Assembly (NCBI GenBank): GCA_011620595.1
Contig: WOYX01000038.1
Location: 2,774 to 66,773 of the forward strand
Direction of reading: 5' to 3'
DNA length: 64,000 bases
DNA from: Bacteroidales bacterium
Lineage (GTDB): Bacteria > Bacteroidota > Bacteroidia > Bacteroidales > VadinHA17
Shown here: piece by piece, positions 34,032 to 42,805 of the stretch
Position numbering within the stretch: position 1 is the first letter of the stretch
Layout: every line of letters begins with the position of its first letter
Translations under genes and position numbers: made by a program
The notes under the pieces: generated by a model
What the model saw: the letters and a program-made list of their open reading frames with translations, nothing else
What the model was told of the DNA's origin: nothing
The model's database searches: none

Positions 34032-35663
34032 ATGAAGGCACGGATCATTTACACATTCATGATTATGCTGTCAATATTATTGGCAGGATGCAATTCCGAG
34101 GAGAAAAAACTTACAGAAGAGATGAAAGCTAACCTTGCAAAGTTCAAAGAGGTGACCCTGACCACTGACCTGGGCTGGCTCACCAGCCAGGAGAGGGAAA
34201 TCATCGGCATACTTACCGATGTTGCCGCCATAATGGATGACATCTACTGGAAGGAGGCCTATGGCGACAGGGAGGAGCTATTTGCCGGTATCGAAAATGA
34301 ATATGCAAAGGAATATGTTAAGATACACTACGGTCCGTGGGACAGGCTGAACGGCAATGCACCGTTTATTCCCGGTTTCGGTGAGAAGCCTGCCGGGGCT
34401 CAGTTCTACCCGGAAGATATGACTGTAGAGGAATTCGAAGCGTGGGATGACCCCGCCAGGACAAGCCTCTATACCATTATCAGGCGTGATGCGGAGGGTA
34501 AGCTCATGGCAGTTCCCTATTCCGATGCGTTCCAGGAGGAGCACTCACAGGCTGCCGGGCTCATGCATAAGGCTGCCGGTCTGGCTGAGGATGAGGGCCT
34601 GAAGAAGTACCTTACCATGAGAGCCGAAGCGCTGCTCAGCAATGAATACCAGCCCAGCGATTTTGCCTGGATGGAGATGAAGAACACGAACATCGACTTT
34701 GTCGTGGGGCCCATAGAGAATTATGAAGATGCACTCTTCGGTTACAAGGCTGCACATGAGGCCTTTGTCCTTGTCAAGGACCCTGAATGGAGTGCCCGTC
34801 TGGCGAAGTATAATGCCATGCTTCCCGACCTGCAGGCAGGCCTCCCGGTTGCAGCAGAATACAAGGCTGAGAAGCCGGGCACCGATGCCGACATGAATGT
34901 TTATGATGCCATCTATTATGCGGGCGACTGCAATGCCGGCAGCAAGACCATAGCCATCAACCTGCCCAACGATCCGGAGATACACCTTGCCGTCGGGAGC
35001 CGCAAGCTTCAGCTGAAGAACTCGATGAGGGCCAAGTTTGACAACATACTGATGCCCATTGCTGAGATGCTGATAGACGAGAGCCAGCGTCAGCACATCA
35101 CCTTCGATGCCTTCTTTGAAAACACCACCTTCCATGAGGTGTCACACGGCATGGGTGTCAAAAACACCATCAACGGCAGCGGCCCGGTCAGGGAGGCGCT
35201 GAAGGAGCAGTACTCAGCACTTGAGGAGGCCAAGGCCGACATCATGGGGCTCTACCTTGTCACGAAGCTGTATGAGATGGGAGAGATCACCAGCGGCGAG
35301 GTGATAAACAACTATGTCACCTTCTTTGCCGGCATCTTCCGCTCCAGCCGCTTCGGCGCCTCCAGTGCACATGGCAAGGCCAACATGCTCAGCATGAAGT
35401 ATTTTGCCGATAACGGAGCATTCATATTACAGGAGAACGGATATTACAAGGTCAATCTCTACGAAATGAAGACTGCGGTGGTGTCGCTGGTTGAAAAGAT
35501 ACTCACGGTCCAGGGCAACGGCGACTATGAGGCAGCCAAAGCGTGGGTCGAGAGTGACGGTGTGATGACCGAAGACCTTCGTGCGGCTCTGGACAGAGTC
35601 AATGCCGCAGGAATACCCGTCGACATCGTCTTCAGGCAGGGCAAAGAGGTCCTGGGACTATAA
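34032..35663 (+). CDS. Dipeptidyl-peptidase III-like zinc hydrolase (M49, atypical HExxH subgroup) lipoprotein
   Basis: Start set at ATG 34032 (MKARIIYTFMIMLSILLAGC). Motifs FHEVSHGMG and EEAKADIMG correspond to the HExxH / EExKA(E/D) pair of atypical DPP III enzymes. Confidence 0.75.
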   Translation: MKARIIYTFMIMLSILLAGCNSEEKKLTEEMKANLAKFKEVTLTTDLGWLTSQEREIIGILTDVAAIMDDIYWKEAYGDREELFAGIENEYAKEYVKIHYGPWDRLNGNAPFIPGFGEKPAGAQFYPEDMTVEEFEAWDDPARTSLYTIIRRDAEGKLMAVPYSDAFQEEHSQAAGLMHKAAGLAEDEGLKKYLTMRAEALLSNEYQPSDFAWMEMKNTNIDFVVGPIENYEDALFGYKAAHEAFVLVKDPEWSARLAKYNAMLPDLQAGLPVAAEYKAEKPGTDADMNVYDAIYYAGDCNAGSKTIAINLPNDPEIHLAVGSRKLQLKNSMRAKFDNILMPIAEMLIDESQRQHITFDAFFENTTFHEVSHGMGVKNTINGSGPVREALKEQYSALEEAKADIMGLYLVTKLYEMGEITSGEVINNYVTFFAGIFRSSRFGASSAHGKANMLSMKYFADNGAFILQENGYYKVNLYEMKTAVVSLVEKILTVQGNGDYEAAKAWVESDGVMTEDLRAALDRVNAAGIPVDIVFRQGKEVLGL

Positions 35664-35691
35664 GCAAATCGTCAATCCAATAATTTGAGTT

Positions 35692-37557
35692 ATGAAGAAG
35701 ACAATTATCCTGATCAGCATGTTAAGCCTGTTTATTATGTCACATGCCCAGTCATTCAATACATTCCCCGTGACCACACAGAAGCCGCCGTTGCACGGCA
35801 GGCACTGGATGGCTGTCACGGGCAAGCCCCTGGCCGCCACCGCCGGGGCCATGATCTTTGACCGCGGCGGCAACGCTGTTGATGCGGCATGCGCCATGCT
35901 TGCGGCTACCTGCACCATGTGGGATGTCCTCAGCTGGGGCGGTGAGACCCAGGCGCTCATCTACAATCCCAACACCGGCAAGGTCATTGCCATCAATGCA
36001 CTGGGCGTGGCACCTACGGGGGCCACTGCGGAGTTCTTCCGCAACAGGGAGATGAAGTACCCGCCCGAGTACGGTCCGCTGGCGGCGGTGACGCCCGGCA
36101 CCCCCGGGGGACTTATGACCATGCTTGCCGAGTACGGCACCATGAGCCTTAAGGAGGTACTGGCCCCGGCGATGCAGATGGCCGAAGGGTACCCCATAGA
36201 GGCACAGACAGCCAACTCCATTGAGAGGAACAAGCGCCGGATCAAAGAGTGGCCCTACTCGGCAAAAGTGTTCCTGCCTCATGCCGGTGAGGAGCGCGAG
36301 GCACCGTCGGCAGGTGAGATATTTGTGCAGCAGGATCTGCTTGCCACACTGACCAGGCTGGTGGAGGCCGAGCAGCAGGCACTGAAGAAGAGGAAGTCGA
36401 GAAAAGAAGCTATCTACGCCGCCTACGAGCGCTTTTACAGGGGCGACATAGGTGCTGAGTTCGCCAGGGGATGCCAGGAGCAGGGGGGACTGATCACCGC
36501 AGAGGACCTGGCCAACTGGCAGGTGAAGATCGAAGAGCCACTGATGACCACCTACAGGGGTATAGAGGTCTATAAGCTGCAGCAGTGGACACAGGGGCCG
36601 GTGATGCTGCAGACACTCAACATACTTGAAAACTTCGACCTGCAGGAGATGGGTTACAACTCCGTAAGGTACATCCATACCCTCTACCAGGCGATGAACC
36701 TGGCCTATGCTGACCGGGATTTCTACTACGGTGATCCGGCCTATCCCCCTGAGGAGCCTATGCAGGGGCTGCTGTCTAAGGAGTATGCCCGGGAGCGGAG
36801 CAAGCTGATAGACCCCGACCGCAATGATCCCGGTGTCACCCCGGGTGACCCGTATCCCTATGAGGGAAAAGTCAATCCGTTCGTCACCCTCCTGAAAGCA
36901 TGGCAGGCGTCAGCACGTAACATCTATCCGTCTGATGATCCGCAGGAGTATGAGCGATTTCTGGGCTCATTCCAGTCGGGCACCACCTCCATAGAGGCCG
37001 CTGATGAGGAGGGATGGGTTGTCTCCGTCACTCCCAGTGGCGGCTGGATACCGGCATGCATAGCCGGCAACACCGGTATCGGCATGAGCCAGCGGATGCA
37101 GAGCTTCGTGGTGGATGAAAAGGAGAATCCCTATAACGTTGTCGAGCCCGGCAAGAGGCCGCGGGTGACGCTGACGCCCTCACTGGTGATGAAGGATGGC
37201 AAACCGTGGTTCGCCTTTGCCAAGCAGGGCGGTGATGAGCAGGATCAGTTGCTGCTGCAGTTCTTCCTCAATGTTGCCGAGTTCGGTATGACGGTGCAGG
37301 AGGCATGCGAGGCGCCGTCGTTCAAGACGCTGCAGATGTACTCGAGTTTCGGTGACCATCAGAAGGTTGCAGGGGGACTGGTGCTGAACAACAGCACACC
37401 GCCATGGATGCGGAAGGAGCTGGCGTCAATGGGTTACCGGCTCTCATTCCAGGAGCGAACCTCGGGGCCGGTGAACGCCATCGGTTTCGACTTTGACCAC
37501 GGAACCTTCTGGGGCGGGTCAAGCAACTACGGAGAAGATTACGGCATCGGGTGGTAG
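35692..37557 (+). CDS. ggt: Gamma-glutamyltransferase family protein
   Basis: 621 aa with a signal peptide. Autoprocessing/nucleophile motif QSGTTSIEAAD and GGDEQDQ near the C-terminus are typical of the GGT (Ntn-hydrolase) family. Confidence 0.85.
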   Translation: MKKTIILISMLSLFIMSHAQSFNTFPVTTQKPPLHGRHWMAVTGKPLAATAGAMIFDRGGNAVDAACAMLAATCTMWDVLSWGGETQALIYNPNTGKVIAINALGVAPTGATAEFFRNREMKYPPEYGPLAAVTPGTPGGLMTMLAEYGTMSLKEVLAPAMQMAEGYPIEAQTANSIERNKRRIKEWPYSAKVFLPHAGEEREAPSAGEIFVQQDLLATLTRLVEAEQQALKKRKSRKEAIYAAYERFYRGDIGAEFARGCQEQGGLITAEDLANWQVKIEEPLMTTYRGIEVYKLQQWTQGPVMLQTLNILENFDLQEMGYNSVRYIHTLYQAMNLAYADRDFYYGDPAYPPEEPMQGLLSKEYARERSKLIDPDRNDPGVTPGDPYPYEGKVNPFVTLLKAWQASARNIYPSDDPQEYERFLGSFQSGTTSIEAADEEGWVVSVTPSGGWIPACIAGNTGIGMSQRMQSFVVDEKENPYNVVEPGKRPRVTLTPSLVMKDGKPWFAFAKQGGDEQDQLLLQFFLNVAEFGMTVQEACEAPSFKTLQMYSSFGDHQKVAGGLVLNNSTPPWMRKELASMGYRLSFQERTSGPVNAIGFDFDHGTFWGGSSNYGEDYGIGW

Positions 37558-37567
37558 AAAACCAGTT

Positions 37568-37705
37568 ATAAAGTCGGAAGTCCGTAAAGTCGGAAGTCCG
37601 TAAAGTCCGTAAAGTCCGTAAAGTCCATAAAGTCCGTAAAGTCGGAAGTCCGTAAAGTCCGTAAAGTCCATAAAGTCGGAAGTCCGTAAAGTTAAAAGTC
37701 GAAAG
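37568..37705. repeat. Tandem array of ~17 units of 8-9 nt (AAGTCCGTA / AAGTCGGA) starting 11 nt after the ggt stop
   Basis: AAAGTCGG AAGTCCGT AAAGTCGG AAGTCCGT AAAGTCCGT AAAGTCCGT AAAGTCCAT ... This is the source of the spurious LRTLRTLRTSDFTDFRLYGLYGLYG ORFs. Confidence 0.85.
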
Positions 37706-37770
37706 GCAGAGGGACTGAGGTATGAAGGACATGCAGTCTCATAGCCTGTAATCATAACAGGCTGATTATC

Positions 37771-37819
37771 AATTCTTAATTCATAATTCATAATTCTTAA
37801 TTCATAATTCATAATTCCT
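37771..37819. repeat. Seven tandem 7-mers (AATTCTT/AATTCAT), i.e. a 21-nt unit x2.3
   Basis: AATTCTT AATTCAT AATTCAT AATTCTT AATTCAT AATTCAT AATTCCT. Preceded by the hairpin AGCCTGT-N7-ACAGGCT (37743-37763). Confidence 0.85.
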
Positions 37820-37861
37820 CACTACTTCCTACTGCCCTCGCCTTCAATCAGGCTGCTCCCT

Positions 37862-37886
37862 AAAATGACCCACCGGGTCATTTATT
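37862..37886 (+). terminator. Hairpin with U-tract between ggt repeats and the M23 peptidase gene
   Basis: AAATGACCC (37863-37871) / GGGTCATTT (37875-37883) with a 3-nt loop, followed by ATT. Symmetric A/T flanks. Confidence 0.5.
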
Positions 37887-37956
37887 GACGCTCGCCCCTC
37901 TACTGCCTGATATTTCACATTCATTATTATCTTTGTCCCTTCTTAAGCACTTACCA

Positions 37957-38820
37957 ATGGCCGAGAACAAAAAACGGAGAGGGAAGTGGCGCGACAGGTT
38001 CCGTTTTGCCATTTTCAATGACACCACATATGAAGAGGTCTGGCGTCTGCGCATGACCAAGTCCAATGCTCTTCTTGCTGCTGCCATGCTGTTTCTGCTT
38101 ATCATCGGCATCAACACCTCGCTGATAGCCTTCACCAACCTGCGTGAGTTCATCCCCGGCTATCCCGATGTGACACTGAGGCGCAACATCATCATGAATG
38201 CCATACTGCTTGACTCACTTGAGAGGGAGCTTGAGATCCGTGACAAGTATTTCCATGATCTCAATGCTGTCATCTCAGGCAGGCAGCCCATAGAACATAT
38301 TACTGTACGTGACACCAGCCGCGACTACAGCAATATAGTCTTCAGGCGGTCGGTTGAAGACTCTATCTTCAGGGCCCGCATCGAGCAGGAGGAGCAGTAT
38401 ACTCTCTTAGCCCGCGCTGAAGGGCCGGAGCGGGGCACCAGCCTGGCCAGCATTCATTTCTTTCCGCCGGTGAAGGGCATCGTCTCCAGCAACTTCGACA
38501 TGCGCACCAGGCATTATGCCACTGATATCGTGACACAGCCCAAGGCTGTGGTATCGTCGACTCTTGACGGCACGGTGATAATGACGGGCTGGACCATGGA
38601 GACGGGCTTTGTGATGATGATACAGCACAGCAACAACATAATCTCGGTCTACAAGCACAACGCCAGGCTCCTGAAGGAGATGGGTGAAAAGGTGTGGGCC
38701 GGGGAGGCGATCTCGATAGTGGGGGACTCCGGCGAGCTTTACACCTCCGGGCCTCATCTTCATTTTGAGCTGTGGCACAACGGTGAGCCTCTGGACCCGA
38801 CACAATATATCTTTTTCTGA
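37957..38820 (+). CDS. M23-family peptidoglycan metalloendopeptidase
   Basis: Start set at ATG 37957 (MAENKKRRGKW). TM anchor. Catalytic region HYATDIV...GDSGELYTSGPHLHFELWHNGEPLDP. Confidence 0.85.
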   Translation: MAENKKRRGKWRDRFRFAIFNDTTYEEVWRLRMTKSNALLAAAMLFLLIIGINTSLIAFTNLREFIPGYPDVTLRRNIIMNAILLDSLERELEIRDKYFHDLNAVISGRQPIEHITVRDTSRDYSNIVFRRSVEDSIFRARIEQEEQYTLLARAEGPERGTSLASIHFFPPVKGIVSSNFDMRTRHYATDIVTQPKAVVSSTLDGTVIMTGWTMETGFVMMIQHSNNIISVYKHNARLLKEMGEKVWAGEAISIVGDSGELYTSGPHLHFELWHNGEPLDPTQYIFF

Positions 38821-38834
38821 CAGGAGGCGCAAGG

Positions 38835-40001
38835 ATGCATAAACGACTGGCAATCCTCGGCTCGACAGGCTCGATAGGCACTCAGACCCTCGGCATAGTC
38901 TCGCTGTATCCCGATCTGTTTACTGTTGACACCCTCGCTGCCGGCAGCAACGCTGTGCTGCTGGCTGAGCAGGCGAAGCTCTACCGGCCGGCCAGGGTGA
39001 TAATAGGCCAGGAAGCCTTTTACGCAATGCTCAGCAGCGAGTTGTCAGGGATGGGCATAGAGGTTCTTGCCGGACAGGATGCCATTGAGGAGTCGGTCAG
39101 GGCTGACACGGTTGATACCGTTGTTGCAGCCATGGTGGGCTTCGCAGGGTTGCGCCCCACAGCCACGGCGGTGGCAGCCGGCAAGGAGGTGGCCCTGGCA
39201 AACAAGGAGACACTGGTCGTTGCCGGCGAGATGATAACACGCCTTGCGACATCAACGGGCAGCCTTCTGCTGCCGGTAGACTCGGAGCATTCGGCCATAA
39301 TGCAGTGCCTCAACGGTGAACCTGAGGGCTCGGTGGAAAAAATAATACTTACGGCGTCGGGAGGCCCCTTCCGCAATACACCTGCACACCGGCTGGCCAA
39401 AATGACGCCCCTGGAAGCACTTCGTCATCCCAACTGGAGCATGGGCAGCAAGATAACCATCGACTCGGCTACTTTGATGAACAAAGGGCTGGAGGTGATA
39501 GAGGCACATTGGCTCTTCGGCACTCCCGAAGATAAGATAGAGGTGATCATACACCCCCAGTCCATCATTCATTCACTGGTACAGTTCACCGACGGGTCAG
39601 TCAAGGCACAGCTGGGGGTGCCCGACATGAGGCTGCCCATTATCTACGCCCTGACATACCCTGAGAGGGTTGCCACCGGGCTGCCGCGGCCGTCGCTGAC
39701 GGAGACAGGCTCACTCACATTCGAGGAGCCCGACATGGAACGCTTTCGCTGCCTGCCACTGGCACGGGCAGCACTGAAGAGAGGAGGCAACATGCCATGT
39801 GCCCTCAATGCTGCCAATGAAGTGGCAGTGGCTGCATTCCTTCATGAGGAGATAGGATTTAACAATATAGCAGGCACCGTTGAAAATGTGCTTGAAAAAA
39901 CAGAGTTTGAGAGCAGGGCTTCACTTGAGGTTTATGAGGAGACTGACAGGAGAAGCAGAAGCCTTGCCACTGAATACATAAGTAAACTGAAGAAAAAATG
40001 A
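38835..40001 (+). CDS. dxr: 1-deoxy-D-xylulose 5-phosphate reductoisomerase
   Basis: LAILGSTGSIGTQTL (NADPH site), LANKETLV, DSEHSAIMQC, HPNWSMGSKITIDSATLMNKGLEVIEAH. Confidence 0.95.
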   Translation: MHKRLAILGSTGSIGTQTLGIVSLYPDLFTVDTLAAGSNAVLLAEQAKLYRPARVIIGQEAFYAMLSSELSGMGIEVLAGQDAIEESVRADTVDTVVAAMVGFAGLRPTATAVAAGKEVALANKETLVVAGEMITRLATSTGSLLLPVDSEHSAIMQCLNGEPEGSVEKIILTASGGPFRNTPAHRLAKMTPLEALRHPNWSMGSKITIDSATLMNKGLEVIEAHWLFGTPEDKIEVIIHPQSIIHSLVQFTDGSVKAQLGVPDMRLPIIYALTYPERVATGLPRPSLTETGSLTFEEPDMERFRCLPLARAALKRGGNMPCALNAANEVAVAAFLHEEIGFNNIAGTVENVLEKTEFESRASLEVYEETDRRSRSLATEYISKLKKK

Positions 40002-41323
40002 CTGTTCTTATTAAGATACTGCAGCTGCTGCTGTCACTTTCAATACTTGTAATCGTTCATGAGTTCGGACATTTTCTTTTTGCCCGGATTTTCAAGACAC
40101 GGGTGGAAAAGTTCTATCTCTTCTTTGACTGGCCTTTTGCTATCTTCAAACACAAGTGGGGAGAGACGGAGTACGGTATCGGGATGATACCCCTGGGAGG
40201 GTATGTCAAGATCTCGGGCATGATTGACGAGTCTATGGACAAGGAGCAGATGAAGCAGCCCCCGCAGCCTTACGAATTCCGTTCCAAGAAGTCGTGGCAG
40301 CGACTGATAATAATGCTCGGAGGGGTCTTCTTCAATTTCATCCTCGCACTGCTGATCTATGTGGCAGTGCTGAGCCTCTGGGGAGAGACCTACCTCGCTG
40401 CCCGCGATGTCAAATACGGAATACTGACCGACTCCACCGGTTATGCCATGGGACTGCGCAACGGCGACCGTATCATTGCGGTTGACGGCGAGGAACCGGA
40501 AAACTTCTACGGCATCATCCCTGATATTTTGCTCAATGAGCGCAAGGTCATTACTGTTGACCGCGAGGGTGAGATAATCGATATACCCGTGGAACGGAAG
40601 TTCATCCCCCTGCTTCTTAAAAAACCCGATGTAATTGATGCCAGGATACCCTTCGGACCGTTTGTCATTGCCAGTGTCATGGAAGAGTCGCCGGCAATGA
40701 ACGCCGGCCTGGCCCCCGGTGACGAGATCATAGCCATTGACAGCCTCTCATTCAAGTGGTACGATGAGTTCCAGGGATACCTGGCCTCGCATAAGGGGCA
40801 GCCGATCAACGTCACCGTCAAAAGGAAGGAGGCGCTGGTCGATTTCACCGTCACAACCACCGGGGAAGGCATCCTGGGCGTTTCCAGGGAGATAGGGAAT
40901 ATCTTAGAGATAAGCACCAGACACTACAGCTTCGTCGAGGCAATACCTGCAGGCATTGCAAAGGGATGGAACACCACCGCGGATTACCTGAAACAGTTCA
41001 AACTGATATTCTCGAAGGAGACAAAGGCGTATGAATCACTGGGCGGATTCATAACCATTGGGAGCATCTTCCCGGGTAAATGGAACTGGCAGTCGTTCTG
41101 GAATCTCACTGCCTTCCTTTCACTCATTCTGGCAGTGATGAACATTCTTCCCATACCTGCACTCGACGGCGGCCATGTGATGTTCCTGATCTTCGAGGTG
41201 ATCACGGGCAGAAAGCCCAGTGACAAGTTCCTGGAGTATGCACAGATAACAGGCATGATCATTCTCCTCGCATTGCTTATCTTTGCAAACGGGAATGATA
41301 TCCTCAAACTGATAAGAAAATGA
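39998..41323 (+). CDS. rseP: RIP metalloprotease RseP (M50)
   Basis: HEFGHFLFAR zinc motif, PDZ region, NILPIPALDGGH. 4-nt overlap with dxr. Confidence 0.9.
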   Translation: MTVLIKILQLLLSLSILVIVHEFGHFLFARIFKTRVEKFYLFFDWPFAIFKHKWGETEYGIGMIPLGGYVKISGMIDESMDKEQMKQPPQPYEFRSKKSWQRLIIMLGGVFFNFILALLIYVAVLSLWGETYLAARDVKYGILTDSTGYAMGLRNGDRIIAVDGEEPENFYGIIPDILLNERKVITVDREGEIIDIPVERKFIPLLLKKPDVIDARIPFGPFVIASVMEESPAMNAGLAPGDEIIAIDSLSFKWYDEFQGYLASHKGQPINVTVKRKEALVDFTVTTTGEGILGVSREIGNILEISTRHYSFVEAIPAGIAKGWNTTADYLKQFKLIFSKETKAYESLGGFITIGSIFPGKWNWQSFWNLTAFLSLILAVMNILPIPALDGGHVMFLIFEVITGRKPSDKFLEYAQITGMIILLALLIFANGNDILKLIRK

Positions 41324-41390
41324 TTAATCAGCGGATTATGGTGGCTGATATGAAAGAATTCGTACATTTGTGTAATAAAAACAGAGAGCT

Positions 41391-41570
41391 ATGGGAAAGA
41401 TCGGTCCAACAGAAATAATCCTTATCCTGGTGGTTGTGGTACTGCTCTTCGGCGGGCGTAAGATACCCGAACTGATGAAAGGGATAGGTCAGGGAATGAA
41501 GGAGTTCAGGAAAGCCAAAGGCACTGATAGCACTGACGCCTCAAAGAAGGGTGTTGAGGAGGAGAGTTAA
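41391..41570 (+). CDS. tatA: Twin-arginine translocase subunit TatA/E (59 aa, below ORF-track cutoff)
   Basis: Hand-translated: [59 protein letters not shown]. Canonical FGxxKxPEL...F(R/K)KA pattern. Confidence 0.85.
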   Translation: MGKIGPTEIILILVVVVLLFGGRKIPELMKGIGQGMKEFRKAKGTDSTDASKKGVEEES

Positions 41571-41591
41571 AAGCGACATATGATCACTTTC

Positions 41592-41620
41592 AGCCTGCAT
41601 GTGAATGCGGGCTTTTTATT
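41592..41620 (+). terminator. Intrinsic terminator after tatA
   Basis: AGCCTGCAT-GTGA-ATGCGGGCT (one G-U pair) followed by TTTTTATTT. Confidence 0.65.
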
Positions 41621-41636
41621 TAAAAATCAGACCATT

Positions 41637-42623
41637 ATGAGATTAAACCTGATTCTTCCGACAGTTCTGATGCTGCTGCTGACGTCATCCTGCGGTGACA
41701 CATCACTCACACGCACACTGCCCAACGTCACCGGCTCCACCGGTGAGGTCATGGTTGTCATGGAGAGGGCACGGTGGGAGGGCGCTGCCGGAGCAGCTGT
41801 CAGGGAGCATGTAGGTGCAACCCTCATCGGGATGCCCCAGCCTGAACCGGCCTTCAGCCTGATGCCTGTCAATCCTGAGGGCTTCCGCGACATCTATGTC
41901 GCTCACCGCAATGTCATCATTGTCAAAATTGATGATGAGAAGAGCGGGCCGGAGGTCACCTTCTCACGTAACCGGTGGGCAGAGACACAGCTGGTAATTG
42001 AAGTCGCTGCTCCTGACACAGTCTCCCTGGCAGCTGCCATCAGGGACAATGGGGAGGTTATCAGGCAGAAGATAAATGATGTTGAACGTGAGAGGCTTAC
42101 GGCGTGGCTGACTAAGTCGGCAGGCAAGGAGCGCAGTCGCCTCACCACGGATAACGGCAGCTGGGAGCTTCTGTTGCCGGCAGGGTACAAGCCTGACTTT
42201 AACCGCAGGGGAGTCATGATGATATCCGCCGAGACCCCCACCACAACACAGTCGGTCATCGTATCGGTAAGTGACAGGAGGATGTCACGGATGGATTGTT
42301 TTGAGCTTGCCGATCTCACCGAGAAACTGATCTCTGCAGAGGTGAGCGGCCCTGAACCGGGGTCATTCATGGTCATAGAAAAGAGGGCGCTGACGAGCTG
42401 CCGCTCTTTCCGGCGTGACAGCACCGACTACATAGAGATGCGCGGTCTCTGGACCCTCGAGGGAGGATTCATGGGAGGACCCTTCATTTCGTATGCCTTC
42501 ATAGATCAGAAGAGCTCCCTGCCGGTGGTGGTGACCGGCTTCGTCTATGCTCCGGGGGATGACAAGAGAGAGCTGCTGCGGCAGGTTGAGGCGCTCATGT
42601 ACACGCTGAAAAAGACTTCCTGA
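41637..42623 (+). CDS. Lipoprotein, DUF4837-like
   Basis: Start set at ATG 41637 (MRLNLILPTVLMLLLTSSCG). LPNVTGSTGEVMVVMERARWEGAAG...GMPQPEPAFSLMPVNPEGF...HRNVIIV resembles the Bacteroidota DUF4837 family. The family name is from memory. Confidence 0.7.
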   Translation: MRLNLILPTVLMLLLTSSCGDTSLTRTLPNVTGSTGEVMVVMERARWEGAAGAAVREHVGATLIGMPQPEPAFSLMPVNPEGFRDIYVAHRNVIIVKIDDEKSGPEVTFSRNRWAETQLVIEVAAPDTVSLAAAIRDNGEVIRQKINDVERERLTAWLTKSAGKERSRLTTDNGSWELLLPAGYKPDFNRRGVMMISAETPTTTQSVIVSVSDRRMSRMDCFELADLTEKLISAEVSGPEPGSFMVIEKRALTSCRSFRRDSTDYIEMRGLWTLEGGFMGGPFISYAFIDQKSSLPVVVTGFVYAPGDDKRELLRQVEALMYTLKKTS

Positions 42624-42805
42624 CGACTTAAAGTGAACGGCCTTGCAGGGTCTTACGACTGGTTATTGAGGCGACTAAACTGCAAGGTCATAATGTCACC
42701 CTTTCACTCTTCCTCAACGTGTAAATGGTGCTCGTCGTGAGGCCAATAGGATATCCTCTTCCTTCACGGGTATATATTTTATAGCCAGGTATTTCATATC
42801 TCTCC

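Noticed and set aside
35752-36678. 308-aa minus-strand ORF inside the GGT-family gene. Similar long antisense or alternate-frame ORFs lie at 16638-17240, 34545-35135, 38369-38881, 49330-49800, 50050-50667, 52681-53268, 55183-55881, 55889-56533, 58634-59104, 60157-60621 and 61542-62294.
   Set aside because: Each lies entirely within a gene that has strong family motifs on the other strand or frame. Their translations are Arg/His/Gly/Leu/Pro-rich and motif-free, as expected for open antisense frames in ~50% GC coding DNA.
37322-37812. ORFs 37322-37732 and 37519-37812 (minus), reading LRTLRTLRTSDFTDFRLYGLYGLYG and MNYELRIMNYELRI.
   Set aside because: These are translations of the 8-9-nt and 7-nt tandem arrays. 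There is no start context or non-repeat domain, so they are treated as repeats, not genes.
41355-41390. GAATTCGTACATTTGTGTAATAAAAAC upstream of tatA, resembling a TGTGTAAT half-site.
   Set aside because: It is a single degenerate half-site without the GTGTGAAT head, the 21-bp partner or the fixed -7 box offset. It is probably just an AT-rich promoter.
42624-42805. Possible tRNA or small RNA in the convergent spacer (CCTTGCAG ... CTGCAAGG 8-bp inverted repeat at ~42641-42689).
   Set aside because: There are no cloverleaf features (no T-loop GTTCRANYC, no acceptor or CCA logic). The stem encloses a ~33-nt unstructured loop, so it is more likely a weak convergent terminator or chance.
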